A stretch of DNA of 64,000 bases from a virus. Within the stretch, counting starts at the first letter, position 1. Every line of letters starts with the position of its first letter. The notes under the pieces were generated by a model that saw only the letters and a list, made by a program, of their open reading frames with translations, had not been told where the DNA came from and made no database searches. The stretch spans positions 61,779 to 125,778 of the IMG/VR virus record IMGVR_UViG_3300048851_000105; one strand, 5' to 3'. The position numbers were made by a program, and so were the translations under genes. This document shows positions 17,641 to 27,423 of this stretch, piece after piece.

Positions 17641-18672
17641 TTAGAACGTACCGGCGTTCAGTCGCTTCTGCAACTGCGTGACCGTCTTGGGTCCCCAGAC
17701 GCCGTCCTGCTCCACCTTCAGGTAGCGCTGGAGGGCCTTCCGGGTCTTGTCGCCGATGATGCCGTCCTGTGCGACGCCGACCTTCTTCTGGATGGCCTTG
17801 ATCGTCTGCGGGCCGACCTTGCCGTCGACGTCGATGAGCATGACCGTCTGCATGCGTCGTGTGGTCGCCTCGCCCCACACGCCATCGACGACGAGGCCTT
17901 GCACTGCGGGCTTCGGCTTCGAGGCGGTGGGCTTCTTGACGGCCTGGAGCGCTGCCCAGGTCTTCGGGCCGACGATGCCGTCGTCGTCCAACTTCCGACT
18001 GCGCTGGAATGCCTTCACCTGAGCACGGGTGTCCGGTCCGTAGATGCCGTCGCTGTCCGTCTTGAACCCGGCCGCCGTGAGCAGGGACTGGATCGTGCGG
18101 ATGGCGTAGCCGTTGAACGTCCCGCTAGGGGTCGAGGTCGCCTCGCCGCCGGACTGGATCGGAGTCGCGACTCCGCCCTTCCCGGCCAGTTCCCGAGCGC
18201 GTGTGACGATCCAGTCGAGGTCCATGCCGCCGGGGCACGCCGTGGCGTACGAGGCGCCGTAGCGGCTGTAGACCTCGCGGTGACCGATGACGTGCTTCCG
18301 GTCGATCGGGATGCCGTATCGCTTCGACCAGTCGACGACGATGCGCGCGAGCATTTCGTGCGTCTTCGGGCTCAGCGGCCAAGAGCCACCGGCCGAGGAG
18401 TTGCACGCCTCGATCGTGAGCGAGCGCGAGTCCCACTTCGGGCTGGAGAGCGACCAGGCCCGCATCTTCTCGTCGACGACGGAGGCGAACTGAGCGTCCT
18501 TCACGACGCCGTGCGCGGAGACCTTGCGGCCGCCGGGCATCATCATCGCGACGACACCGGAGAACGACGTCGACGCGGCGTGGTGCAGGATGATGTGGTC
18601 GAGGGGCTTGAACGTCCGGGCGCTCTGCTCGGACGTCTTGTTCACCTGAGTGGCGAGACCTGAGCGCGTCAT
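17641..18672 (-). CDS. endolysin: N-acetylmuramoyl-L-alanine amidase with peptidoglycan-binding domains
   Basis: IILHHAA, SAHG, RAW, IEA, GHRE...TACPG (Amidase_2); repeated DGIYGPDT/DGIVGPKT/DGVWG PG-binding motifs. Confidence 0.9.
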   Translation of the reverse strand: MTRSGLATQVNKTSEQSARTFKPLDHIILHHAASTSFSGVVAMMMPGGRKVSAHGVVKDAQFASVVDEKMRAWSLSSPKWDSRSLTIEACNSSAGGSWPLSPKTHEMLARIVVDWSKRYGIPIDRKHVIGHREVYSRYGASYATACPGGMDLDWIVTRARELAGKGGVATPIQSGGEATSTPSGTFNGYAIRTIQSLLTAAGFKTDSDGIYGPDTRAQVKAFQRSRKLDDDGIVGPKTWAALQAVKKPTASKPKPAVQGLVVDGVWGEATTRRMQTVMLIDVDGKVGPQTIKAIQKKVGVAQDGIIGDKTRKALQRYLKVEQDGVWGPKTVTQLQKRLNAGTF

Positions 18673-18857
18673 TCGTCTTCCTCCGTCTCGGTCGGCTGGC
18701 CGTCCGCGGCGTCGTCCTCGTGGCTGCCGTCGTACGGGTCGTTGGGGTCGAGGGCTCGCTTCTGGAGTTCCACGACTTCGAGTTCGCGCGCCAGTTCCTC
18801 CGCGCTCACCGAATCTTCTTCCTCGATGCCGGAGACCGGCTCTTCCTCAGTAGTCAT
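18669..18857 (-). CDS. small acidic protein coupled to the endolysin
   Basis: ATGA overlap with the lysin start; TACTCT -10 just upstream. Confidence 0.55.
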   Translation of the reverse strand: MTTEEEPVSGIEEEDSVSAEELARELEVVELQKRALDPNDPYDGSHEDDAADGQPTETEEDE

Positions 18858-18912
18858 GCGCACAGAGTAACGGTTCCCGCCGACATACGGGTGACTGTGC
18901 GACGATGATCCT

Positions 18913-19254
18913 GTGCACCCGAGCCTGGATCGTGACGCAGCGATGTGCCTCACTCGTATCGGCAATCGTGTGTGCACGGCTGGTGCAGGTCATCCGAGTC
19001 GACATCGACTGACTCCCCTCGCCGCTCCCGGCGTGAAGACCTACCGCGACTTGGCTGACCGAGGGTTCCGCCGCGGCACGATCGTGCGGAAGATGGCGGC
19101 CACGGGCAACCAGGGGAACAAGATTCGGGGCGTGGCTCTCCGCCTGGAGTTGATATACGACGACGGAGTGGTCATTGCACGCTCGATGACGGTCGGTCAG
19201 GTGCGTACGCTCAACGCCGATCAGTTGCTCGCGGACTACGTCCTCGACATCTAA
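18913..19254 (+). CDS. hypothetical protein
   Basis: ORF divergent from the lysin. Confidence 0.55.
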   Translation: MHPSLDRDAAMCLTRIGNRVCTAGAGHPSRHRLTPLAAPGVKTYRDLADRGFRRGTIVRKMAATGNQGNKIRGVALRLELIYDDGVVIARSMTVGQVRTLNADQLLADYVLDI

Positions 19255-19277
19255 GCATGGGAAAATGGGGGGTTTTC

Positions 19278-19300
19278 CGGTATGCTCCGGGAGCATACCG
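19278..19300 (+). terminator. stem-loop
   Basis: CGGTATGCTC-CGG-GAGCATACCG perfect 10-bp stem. Confidence 0.55.
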
Positions 19301-19348
19301 CTTGACCCGATGATGCGCGCGGCACAGTTACGGTGGTAACCTCCCCTC

Positions 19349-19786
19349 ATGAAAACTCAGGCCTTCACCGACACGCTCACCGTCCTCTCGTGCTCGAACT
19401 GCTCGCTGCCGTTCGGCATCTCGAAGCATTTCGAGACTCAGCGTCGTCGAGATCACGAATCCTTCTACTGCCCGCGCGGCCACAGTCAGTATTTCCCTGG
19501 AAAGTCAGACGTCGAACTGGCCGAGGAGCGAGCCGCCGCGGCCGAGCGTCAAACGAAGTTCGCCCGCGCGCGGGCAACGGCGGCGCAGGACCAGGCCGAG
19601 GCGCACCGACGCACCTCGATCGCGCTGAAGGGCCACCTCACACGTGCTCGGAACAAGATCGCCAACGGCGTCTGCCCGGTCGCTGGCTGCAAGCGCCACT
19701 TCGACAACGTGCAGAACCACATCGCTCGGATGCACCCGGACTGGCACCTCACCGACCCGGAGACCGGCATGGCGGTCAAGCCGTAG
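19349..19786 (+). CDS. zinc-finger coiled-coil protein
   Basis: CSNC...YCPRGH; C-terminal CPVAGC...H...H; leaderless after GTTAC-N4-GTAACCT. Confidence 0.7.
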   Translation: MKTQAFTDTLTVLSCSNCSLPFGISKHFETQRRRDHESFYCPRGHSQYFPGKSDVELAEERAAAAERQTKFARARATAAQDQAEAHRRTSIALKGHLTRARNKIANGVCPVAGCKRHFDNVQNHIARMHPDWHLTDPETGMAVKP

Positions 19787-19798
19787 CGAATCACAGGC

Positions 19799-20035
19799 AT
19801 GCAGAAGGAATTTCTCGGAGAGATCATCGGCGGACCGCTCGACGGCCAGACGATGACTCTCCTCTTGGAGGAGAGCGCCACCCACTTCTTCGTGTTCGAG
19901 CACGAAAGTCCGAACGTGGATAATCGTATGCCGAGGGTGGGGAAGAGGCGCTTCGATATCGAGGTCTCGTTCGACACCCACACTCTCCCCTACCGCTTCA
20001 TCCCCACCGACGACGTCCAGGAGGTCCTCCCGTGA
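19799..20035 (+). CDS. hypothetical protein
   Basis: GGPLDG motif; class 2 motif at the start. Confidence 0.65.
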   Translation: MQKEFLGEIIGGPLDGQTMTLLLEESATHFFVFEHESPNVDNRMPRVGKRRFDIEVSFDTHTLPYRFIPTDDVQEVLP

Positions 20036-20262
20036 GCACTGACACCATCGAGCGCGAGAAGGTGCTCCCCAAGACGGCCGAGCCCGGCGACCATGAGAAG
20101 TTCTCGCACTACGTCCGGCGCGAGGACATCCTGCGCAGCCAGGTCGACGGCGTGCCCGCGGTCGCGCTCTGCGGCAAGGAGTGGAACCCCACCTCCGACC
20201 CCGAGAAGTACCCGGTCTGCCCGGAGTGCAAGGCGGCCTGGGAGGCTCTTCGCGACGAGTAG
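20032..20262 (+). CDS. DUF3039 domain protein
   Basis: EPGDHEKFSHYV...VALCGKEW.P..DPEKYPVCPECK. Confidence 0.85.
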   Translation: MSTDTIEREKVLPKTAEPGDHEKFSHYVRREDILRSQVDGVPAVALCGKEWNPTSDPEKYPVCPECKAAWEALRDE

Positions 20263-20298
20263 TTGCACTAGGCACCGTAACTGTAGTAACCTAAGGAC

Positions 20299-20589
20299 AT
20301 GACTACCATCCTCGAAGACGACATGACGCAGACCGACCAGGAGGGATATCCTCCGGCGACTGCCACGATCACCCTGCGTAAGGGTGAGTTCGTCATCCGC
20401 GACGACATCTCGGCGCCGGTGAACCTCCTCGATCTCAGCGTCGCTCACCTCATGAAGCAGGGGCTCGACCACGCGTTCGCCTTCGCGATCCTCAGCGAGC
20501 GGCTCCGGCTCTACGCCAACGGGTCCGCCAGCCTCGGCTACGGCATCACGGCGACGATCGAGGGCCACCTCGGAGGTCACAGTGGCTGA
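20299..20589 (+). CDS. hypothetical protein
   Basis: follows a TTGCAC-N18-TAACCT promoter. Confidence 0.65.
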   Translation: MTTILEDDMTQTDQEGYPPATATITLRKGEFVIRDDISAPVNLLDLSVAHLMKQGLDHAFAFAILSERLRLYANGSASLGYGITATIEGHLGGHSG

Positions 20590-20872
20590 GGACGGGCGGG
20601 CCGTGCTCTTCATCCAGCACGAGGACCTCCGCGGCGGCTTCGCGATGGACGTCTTCGACGAGAAGGACGACGACGGCCGCGATCCTCACCTGCGTGCCGA
20701 GCAGATGTGGGACATCGTGAAGAACGACTGGCCGGGCGCGATCCACGCCATCGGCATGAACGATCGCGCACGTCTCCTGATGCGGAATCGCCGCATGCGG
20801 GACATGGGCATGACCGGACCCGAGTGGCAGGACGAGAACATCGGCACCCCGGAAGGAGCCCCCCTTGCCTGA
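20582..20872 (+). CDS. hypothetical protein
   Basis: GGAGG RBS. Confidence 0.65.
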   Translation: MAEDGRAVLFIQHEDLRGGFAMDVFDEKDDDGRDPHLRAEQMWDIVKNDWPGAIHAIGMNDRARLLMRNRRMRDMGMTGPEWQDENIGTPEGAPLA

Positions 20873-21248
20873 GGACACTCGCATCGACGCTGTGATCGGC
20901 TCGGGGCAGTCTGTCGTTCCGAAGCCGAGAGTCATCCCGGAGGAACTGCTCGAATCCTCGGAAGGAGAGCGTGACCTCTACACGTGGCACGAGCCCATTC
21001 CAGAGGACGACACCAGTGACCTGCTTATCGGTCTGACCGACGCGATGTTCGACCGGCGACAGACCCAGTCGCACATGACGGGCGTCTCGACTGGCCGCCG
21101 AGCACTCGCGGAAGAGATTCTCGAACTCATCCGCACGGAGTCGTCGAAGGAGTTGATCGTCTCGGGCGGCCGTCTCACTCTGAAGTTCGACGCCGAGAAG
21201 GTGCTCGGCACCGTCGTTCAATCCCTCCAGGACCGCAACAAGCGGTAG
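20865..21248 (+). CDS. hypothetical protein
   Basis: GAAGGAG RBS; TTG start. Confidence 0.6.
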   Translation: MPEDTRIDAVIGSGQSVVPKPRVIPEELLESSEGERDLYTWHEPIPEDDTSDLLIGLTDAMFDRRQTQSHMTGVSTGRRALAEEILELIRTESSKELIVSGGRLTLKFDAEKVLGTVVQSLQDRNKR

Positions 21249-21303
21249 GTCTCGGAACGCACAGCGTGGTAGAAACGAGTCACCACACTCCGAAGGGACC
21301 ACC

Positions 21304-21516
21304 ATGGACCTCTACATCGACCACGTCTTCGAGACGAAGGACAGCCGAGACGAGGGGCGCCAGATTCGCATCGTCTCTCGGGAGGGCGAAGACGACCAGG
21401 CGCGTCCGCGCTACCAGTACGTCACCGTCAAGAACCCGTCGAACCCCGACCGCGTGGGCAAGACGGGGCTCATCTCTCAGCACACGCTCGACTCCTCGTG
21501 GACGCGAATCGACTGA
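21304..21516 (+). CDS. hypothetical protein
   Basis: GAAGGG RBS. Confidence 0.65.
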   Translation: MDLYIDHVFETKDSRDEGRQIRIVSREGEDDQARPRYQYVTVKNPSNPDRVGKTGLISQHTLDSSWTRID

Positions 21517-21517
21517 C

Positions 21518-21676
21518 ATGGATGTGCGCTCCCACGCTCGTCAGTGGTTCGAGCGACTCTGCTTCTACTGCCACGTGCTCTGCAACAGCCCTGAGGGCCT
21601 GCGGGAGCACGTGGCACTGTCGCACCCGGACTCGGCTCGTGAGGGCCGCTACCAGGCGCAGGAGGCTGCGCAGTGA
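21518..21676 (+). CDS. small C2H2 zinc-finger protein
   Basis: CFYC...LREHVALSH. Confidence 0.5.
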   Translation: MDVRSHARQWFERLCFYCHVLCNSPEGLREHVALSHPDSAREGRYQAQEAAQ

Positions 21677-21942
21677 CGCGTAAGCATCCGACCCCGGCTC
21701 AGCAGTTCGAGAGTGCCTTCGAGAGGCAGAATCGCCGCAACCGAATCGAGAATCGCATCCGCATTGCTCGGTATCTGGTCGTTATCGCGATCCTGATGGT
21801 GTCCTCCACGGCTCTCGGTTGGGGATGGGGCTACAACTCTCGTGTCGCCGAGGAGTGCACGTCCCGCGATGGTGTGTGGAACTCCACCACTCAGACGTGT
21901 ATCGGACCAGATGGAGAAATCTCCATGGTGGGTGCTCCGTAG
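21673..21942 (+). CDS. membrane protein
   Basis: TM segment YLVVIAILMVSSTALGWGWGY. Confidence 0.65.
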   Translation: MTRKHPTPAQQFESAFERQNRRNRIENRIRIARYLVVIAILMVSSTALGWGWGYNSRVAEECTSRDGVWNSTTQTCIGPDGEISMVGAP

Positions 21943-21965
21943 CGATTCAGCGGCGTATCACAGGC

Positions 21966-22361
21966 ATGACTGATTCACAGAACAAGAGCGCCGGAGAAAT
22001 CCTCGCAGAACTCGGCACGGACGCAGCCAAGTGGTCCGCAGGCCTGAACGCCCAACTCCTCGAACAGCACGGCCTCGTGCTCGGCGACGAGGTGCAGCAG
22101 ACGATCCTGGAGTGGTTCGCCAACGCCATCGAGTCCGGTCGATCGGCCGGAGTGTCATCGCACATCGTGATCCCGGCTCCTGAGAAGGCTCTCGGCGCCT
22201 ACGACATGGGCGACGCCGTCGAGATCAAGGTGCTCGGCGCCTGGACGCCCGGACGGGTATCCTCCGTCGATCGCATCTCCAACCGCGTGCACGTCGACAC
22301 CGACCTCGGCCCGAAGACGATCGCGAGCACGCGCGGCATCCGGATTCGAGTGGCGCAGTAG
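21966..22361 (+). CDS. hypothetical protein with C-terminal SH3/Tudor-like region
   Basis: class 2 motif at the start; GDAVEIKV..W.PGRV. Confidence 0.65.
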   Translation: MTDSQNKSAGEILAELGTDAAKWSAGLNAQLLEQHGLVLGDEVQQTILEWFANAIESGRSAGVSSHIVIPAPEKALGAYDMGDAVEIKVLGAWTPGRVSSVDRISNRVHVDTDLGPKTIASTRGIRIRVAQ

Positions 22362-22684
22362 TGGGCGTCTTCGGAGAGAAGGCCTCGGCCGAGGAGCAGA
22401 CCGCGATCAAGATTCGTCCGGTGTTGGCCGAGTCGCTGAAGGGCTACCTCAGGGGCCGGGCGATCACCGAGGAGATCGCCGCAGAGTGGGCCTCACTGGA
22501 GGTGGGTCGACACGTCGCGCACCACGAGAACCACGTTCGAGAACTCACCTCGGCCGACACGAGCGAAGAGAGCGACGACTACCAGCGTGAACTCTCACGC
22601 CGGTCGATGACTCGCTGGATCGTCACCGGCTCGGTGATCATCGCGTTCTTCGCGTCCGTGAGCGTGCAGTTCTTCACGCCATGA
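22361..22684 (+). CDS. membrane protein
   Basis: C-terminal TM segment. Confidence 0.6.
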   Translation: MGVFGEKASAEEQTAIKIRPVLAESLKGYLRGRAITEEIAAEWASLEVGRHVAHHENHVRELTSADTSEESDDYQRELSRRSMTRWIVTGSVIIAFFASVSVQFFTP

Positions 22685-22923
22685 GCAAGCGGTACTACGA
22701 CGCCGACAAGGTCGACATCTACTTCCGCTCGGTGCTCTCCGGGCTCTCCGACTCGGTCAATGCTCGCCTGGCCGTCGTCCAGAGCACCGAAGACCCCGAG
22801 GTCAAGCGGCTGAAGGAACTGGGCATCATCGTCCGGCGCTTCTCCACGGACATGCGCCGAGCCGAGGTGACGGTCCTCGACGAGGACGACGTCGCGATCG
22901 AGCCGGAAGGCGAGAAGTCATGA
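22681..22923 (+). CDS. hypothetical protein
   Basis: ATGA coupling. Confidence 0.6.
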   Translation: MSKRYYDADKVDIYFRSVLSGLSDSVNARLAVVQSTEDPEVKRLKELGIIVRRFSTDMRRAEVTVLDEDDVAIEPEGEKS

Positions 22924-23327
22924 ACAAGCAGACGCGCGCGCTGGTCAACGAGATCAGGCAGGCGCTGGAGGCCCGCGGGGTGCGCGTCCATGTGCACCCC
23001 GCGGTCACGACGTCGTCCTGCTACATCACCCTCGACAACGGCGTGCTGAAGAAGATTCGGGTGGGCGACCACAAGGGCCGCGGCTACCAGTACACCTACG
23101 AGATCGGCCCTCACGTCAAGCCCCCGTTCGTGGTCGAGAACGAGTACCAGGGGCACTCCTACACTCGATATCGCTACACCGAGGGGCAAGTCTCCGCGCT
23201 CGTGCACCAGGTCCTCAGCATGCGCTCGAACCTCCGCGGGAAGTACGGCCGAGAGGCCTACCAGCGGTACGTCGAGAACGGCGGACACCAGGCCCAGAGA
23301 GCGCGCAGGAGCGTATCACAGGCATGA
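22920..23327 (+). CDS. hypothetical protein
   Basis: TSSCYI.LD..KIRVGDH pattern; ATGA coupling. Confidence 0.7.
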   Translation: MNKQTRALVNEIRQALEARGVRVHVHPAVTTSSCYITLDNGVLKKIRVGDHKGRGYQYTYEIGPHVKPPFVVENEYQGHSYTRYRYTEGQVSALVHQVLSMRSNLRGKYGREAYQRYVENGGHQAQRARRSVSQA

Positions 23328-23926
23328 CGACAGCACTCGTACTCCGCACGACCGACTCTCGCGCCACCGACTGGTGGAAGGCGACCCGGGAGGCCCTCGA
23401 ACAAGATCGACTGAAGCGCGTGGCGCTCATCGACGAACTCACCGAGACGTACGGTCCCGGTAGCCGCGGTGGTCGACGAATCCTCTACGTCTTCACCGAC
23501 TGGATGGGTACGGACACTCCCACCGGCATGGAGGCCGTGGGCACCGAGTGGATCGAGTTCCCCGCCGGGTGGCGCTTCGACCCGAAGAAGCGCCATCTCG
23601 TTCCGGCCCTCCGCACCGAAGAGGGCAAGGCCCTCGCACGGCGCCTCGCGGAGGCCGCAGGACACCCGTGGCGGCAGTCCTCGCCCACGGTGGGAATCCC
23701 GCACGATCTTCGCATCGAGCGCGCTGACAAGGGCGGAGAGCACGTCTACAACGCAGGCATCTCCTACGACGTGGAGAACGAGATTCTCTACCAGTTGTGG
23801 GGCTCGGCCAAGGTCTACCCGGCCCTCGCTGACGCGCTGGCCAACTCTGGCATCGAGTGGACCGAGGTCCCGCAGTCGGAGTGGGTCGCCATCGACGAGC
23901 GCCTGTCCCAGTCCGATCAGGGCTGA
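23324..23926 (+). CDS. hypothetical protein
   Basis: class 2 motif at the start. Confidence 0.7.
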   Translation: MTTALVLRTTDSRATDWWKATREALEQDRLKRVALIDELTETYGPGSRGGRRILYVFTDWMGTDTPTGMEAVGTEWIEFPAGWRFDPKKRHLVPALRTEEGKALARRLAEAAGHPWRQSSPTVGIPHDLRIERADKGGEHVYNAGISYDVENEILYQLWGSAKVYPALADALANSGIEWTEVPQSEWVAIDERLSQSDQG

Positions 23927-23970
23927 AGTACCATTTCAAGAAACGAGGGGGACCATTGCCAGCAGTGAAC

Positions 23971-24279
23971 ATGAGCGCTCGATGGAGAGACGAAGGCTAC
24001 TGCGTTCAGTCGATCGCTACCGACCCAGAGATGGCGGACGGGATGCTCTCGAAGACCTCCCCCAGCCACACCCGCGCACGACGCGCGTGCGAGGAGTCCT
24101 GCCGCGCTCGCATCGACTGCCTTCTCGACGCGATTCGGGACGAGAAGGCCGAAGGTCTCCGCGGAGGATTCTTCTTCGAGAATGGCGGCGTCAGCAGCAA
24201 GGACGGCCGGAAGATCGCCGACGAGTTCGGCATCAAGGTGCGCATCGGGCGAGGCAAGCGACAGATGAGCGCAGCGTGA
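23971..24279 (+). CDS. WhiB-family transcription factor
   Basis: W...GYC...ARRACEESCRARIDC...GLRGG (4 Cys plus G[V/I]WGG-like turn); start could be TTG 23956. Confidence 0.7.
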   Translation: MSARWRDEGYCVQSIATDPEMADGMLSKTSPSHTRARRACEESCRARIDCLLDAIRDEKAEGLRGGFFFENGGVSSKDGRKIADEFGIKVRIGRGKRQMSAA

Positions 24280-24280
24280 C

Positions 24281-25147
24281 GTGGCCCGTCGCGGGAAGTA
24301 CACGACATGCTCGGAAGGACACATGACGCTCACAGTGAGTTGGAGCCAACTCCGACTGTTCGAGGAGTGCCGCCAGAAGGTCACCCTCCTGCGTGCCGGG
24401 AAGCGGAAGAGCGGCGCCGACGCGCGCGTCTTCTTCCCCGGCACGGTCGTCGACCGAGTGGTGCGTGACTGGCTCCTGACGAAGCCTGGCGACAGCGACC
24501 TTGGGCAGATGCCGGACATGGTTGACGAGATCATGGAGCGCGAGGAACGCCTGCTCACCGAGGACGAGGATCGCATCGTCCGGTGGAAGGACGCATCCGA
24601 CAAGGCGAAGGTCCGTGCGGACTGCGTCGAGGCTGTCACGAAGATCGAGCCCGCGCTCGTGCGCTACGTGCTCCCCTACGAGTATCAGGTCGATTACCGC
24701 TTCCGCACCGCTCTCGATGTCCCCTACCACGATGAGATGGTGCGCATCCTGCTCATCGGCGCGATGGACATCACCGTCCACAACCCGGTCGCCGATTGGT
24801 GGATGAACCTCGACGTCAAGATGACGCGCGACAACCAATACTGGAAGAAGACTCAGGGCCAGTTGACCTTCTACGATCTCCAGACCGAACTGGAGCACGG
24901 CAAGCCGACGAAGGCCACGGCTCTGCTCCAGCCTCTGTGCACGCAGCAAGTGAAGCCCATCCCCATGACGGCGCAGGGGCGGCAGGAGATGTTGGCCCAC
25001 ATCTCGACGTTCGTGACGGCGATCCTCGACAACGACATGCCCGTCACGAAGAAGCCGTCCCAGTGCATCTACTGCGACTTCAAGCACGCCTGCCCGAAGT
25101 TCGCGCCCGTGCTCGACGACCGTGGGAAGAAGACGATCGCGTACTGA
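24281..25147 (+). CDS. PD-(D/E)XK RecB/Cas4-like exonuclease
   Basis: SWSQL..F.EC, IGAMDI, LDVK, QLTFY and a C-terminal CxxCDF..AC Fe-S cluster pattern. Confidence 0.85.
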   Translation: MARRGKYTTCSEGHMTLTVSWSQLRLFEECRQKVTLLRAGKRKSGADARVFFPGTVVDRVVRDWLLTKPGDSDLGQMPDMVDEIMEREERLLTEDEDRIVRWKDASDKAKVRADCVEAVTKIEPALVRYVLPYEYQVDYRFRTALDVPYHDEMVRILLIGAMDITVHNPVADWWMNLDVKMTRDNQYWKKTQGQLTFYDLQTELEHGKPTKATALLQPLCTQQVKPIPMTAQGRQEMLAHISTFVTAILDNDMPVTKKPSQCIYCDFKHACPKFAPVLDDRGKKTIAY

Positions 25148-25257
25148 TAGCGTTGTCCTCCATACGACCGACAAAGTGGCCCTATCGCTGCGGCAGGTTA
25201 CGGGAGTATCATCGCACTCAGTGACCCCCTGAATGGGGCCTAGACGGGGTTGGGGAT

Positions 25258-25512
25258 ATGGCCGATATGCGTGTGCAGGAACTGTTCACGGAGTCTTCCG
25301 TCGAGATGCGCAGAGTCATCCCTGGTGACATGAGCGTCGACCTGCGCGACCGGCATATCGAGCACGTGGTGGCCGACCTCGCATCCAAGATCGTCCGCAC
25401 CCCCGGAACGAATCCACGGGGGATGACTGTCACGATCACCAGCGACCCGCCCACGATCGAGCGCCCTCAGCCGGACCTACTCGTGGTGGCCTCGGCGCCG
25501 ATGTACGTCTAG
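25258..25512 (+). CDS. hypothetical protein
   Basis: ORF convergent with the next gene. Confidence 0.5.
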   Translation: MADMRVQELFTESSVEMRRVIPGDMSVDLRDRHIEHVVADLASKIVRTPGTNPRGMTVTITSDPPTIERPQPDLLVVASAPMYV

Positions 25513-25742
25513 TAGATCAGGCCGAACTGCGCCCTGAGCAAGTGCTCAATGCGCGCACCATGCTCTTGGAGATCGGTCGCCGTCGTGAGCGACAGCGGAA
25601 ACCCCACATCCTCCTTGGGCATCAGCGTTTCCTCGACGATCGCACGGTCTCTCTCAGAGAGCGTGATCCGCTGGAGTCTGCCGCGATCGTCCTCGTACGC
25701 GATCGGGATGCCTGCGACGTAGAAGATGCTCTCGGTGGTCAT
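25509..25742 (-). CDS. hypothetical protein
   Basis: MTTESIFYVAG...; TAGGCT -10 upstream. Confidence 0.55.
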   Translation of the reverse strand: MTTESIFYVAGIPIAYEDDRGRLQRITLSERDRAIVEETLMPKEDVGFPLSLTTATDLQEHGARIEHLLRAQFGLIY

Positions 25743-25752
25743 GGCCCGGAGC

Positions 25753-26118
25753 CTACAGGTCGATGCCGATGGCCTCGATCGATGCGCGGGCACGACGCAC
25801 ACGCTCGCGCGGGTTCTGCTCCTTCACGTCGGTGAGGGCGGTGTAGGCCTCTCGGATGCCTGAGCGGATGCGGTCGACGCTGACCACGTCACCCTCGGGC
25901 GGCATCTGCTCGCGGTTGGGGTAGAGGTGGTCGAGGATGTCCACCCGGTCGCCGAAGTAGCGGTAGAGCGCGCCGATCGTGACCCCGGCCCTGTCGGCCA
26001 CGTCCTGGGTCGTGAAGCGGTCGCGGCCCTTCTCAGCGATGACCTCGCGAGCGGCCGTCTCGATGCGGTCGAGGCGCTCGCGAGAACGCTCGATCTTGGG
26101 GGTGGTGCGAAGAGCCAT
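25753..26118 (-). CDS. TetR-family HTH regulator (short)
   Basis: AAREVIAEKG..FTTQDVADRAGVTIGALYRYF. Confidence 0.85.
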   Translation of the reverse strand: MALRTTPKIERSRERLDRIETAAREVIAEKGRDRFTTQDVADRAGVTIGALYRYFGDRVDILDHLYPNREQMPPEGDVVSVDRIRSGIREAYTALTDVKEQNPRERVRRARASIEAIGIDL

Positions 26119-26196
26119 GAGAATTCCTTACGGTCTGACTGGGGGATGCGCCGCGGCTACGGCGCCATAGTGAGAATATATCACACGTGACTGGTG

Positions 26197-27423
26197 TTAC
26201 CCAATCCAATCCATGCGCATCTGCGACAGCACGGCCCTGAAGCCGGAGTCCTCGATGAACAGGGGGCTCTTCTGCGTCTTCGTGTCGTCGCCTACCCGGA
26301 CGATCGTGTAGTCGCTCGGGACCTGATTCAGCACGTCCGTCAGGAAGTGGTGATTGACGGCGAACTCGCGCGGCTTCGTGCCTGTCCACTGGACGTCGAC
26401 GATCTCCTGAGCCTCGTTGCCGTTCGAGTCCCGGCCGCGCAGCGACAGGCCCCACTTCCCGTCGACCATGATGCGGACGCCGAGGTAGAGCGTCGAGTAG
26501 TCCGGGTCGGAGTTGACGCGCACACGCTTGACTGCCGCCTTCAACTCGTCTGTGCGCACCGTGAACGACTTCTCGTTCATCATGCCGACCCCGATCATGA
26601 TGCTCTCGATGTCGGGGAAGGGCAGCAGGATGCGCTGCGCGATGATGCGCGCGTCCTCGATGTGGAAGTGGATGCGGCGCTCGTTCGCGCCGAACCGGAT
26701 CATCGTCTCGGGCTGGAGTCCACTGAGCAGGTCGAGGACGCGCGCGATGATCTTCACGGGGATGTCCACCGCGATGGTCGGATCGAGCCCGGGGATGACC
26801 TGACGGTGCAGCCGTGCTCCGTCCGTGGCGGTGACTTCTGCGTGGGCGACGTGCGCCTGGAGGAAGGCAGAGCGCGCGGTGCTGGTGTTGGTCGCCACTA
26901 CGACGGCCTTCAGTGCGCTCCGGAGGCTCTCTGCGGGCACTTCCGTAGTCTCTACGTCCTCCTGTACCGGAGTGACCGTCAGGCGGTCGGAGATGGGCGT
27001 GGCGAAGGTCCACTGGGCTCGGCCGGACAGGAGGCGGGCCTCGCTCCCCACGACGGAGAACTTCGTCACGCTGGCCGGAGCGAGTTTCAGCGCCTCCAGA
27101 ATCTTCTTCGCAGGCACGACGACGGCGCCGGGCATGAAGACCCGCAACTGGCCGGTGGAGACCACCTGCATCCACTGGTCGCCGTCCGAGGCCGAGATAC
27201 GCACGTGCGGGACGGTGTCGCCGCTACTGATCGCCTCGATGAGCATCATGCTCGTGCCGGGCACGACCTCCTTGGAGGGGACCAGAGCCGCGATTCGAGA
27301 AACCATCGAGAGGAACTCGCTGGTGATCATCCCGATGCTGAGGCGTGAGTCCACCGGCACGATGGACGGGATCATCTCGGGATCGGCGTCCTCGCGCTCG
27401 ACGAGAGCCTGGAGATCGCTCAC
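26197..27423 (-). CDS. dnaN: DNA polymerase III beta sliding clamp
   Basis: SASDG, G.VVVPAK, ATDGARL, FPDIES, AVKRV, FAVNHHFL.DVL, KSPLFI...VLSQMR. Confidence 0.85.
   Translation of the reverse strand: MSDLQALVEREDADPEMIPSIVPVDSRLSIGMITSEFLSMVSRIAALVPSKEVVPGTSMMLIEAISSGDTVPHVRISASDGDQWMQVVSTGQLRVFMPGAVVVPAKKILEALKLAPASVTKFSVVGSEARLLSGRAQWTFATPISDRLTVTPVQEDVETTEVPAESLRSALKAVVVATNTSTARSAFLQAHVAHAEVTATDGARLHRQVIPGLDPTIAVDIPVKIIARVLDLLSGLQPETMIRFGANERRIHFHIEDARIIAQRILLPFPDIESIMIGVGMMNEKSFTVRTDELKAAVKRVRVNSDPDYSTLYLGVRIMVDGKWGLSLRGRDSNGNEAQEIVDVQWTGTKPREFAVNHHFLTDVLNQVPSDYTIVRVGDDTKTQKSPLFIEDSGFRAVLSQMRMDWIG

Noticed and set aside
24281-25147. Cas4-like gene suggesting CRISPR-Cas
   Set aside because: No other cas genes and no repeat-spacer array were seen; solo Cas4/RecB-like nucleases are common in phages.
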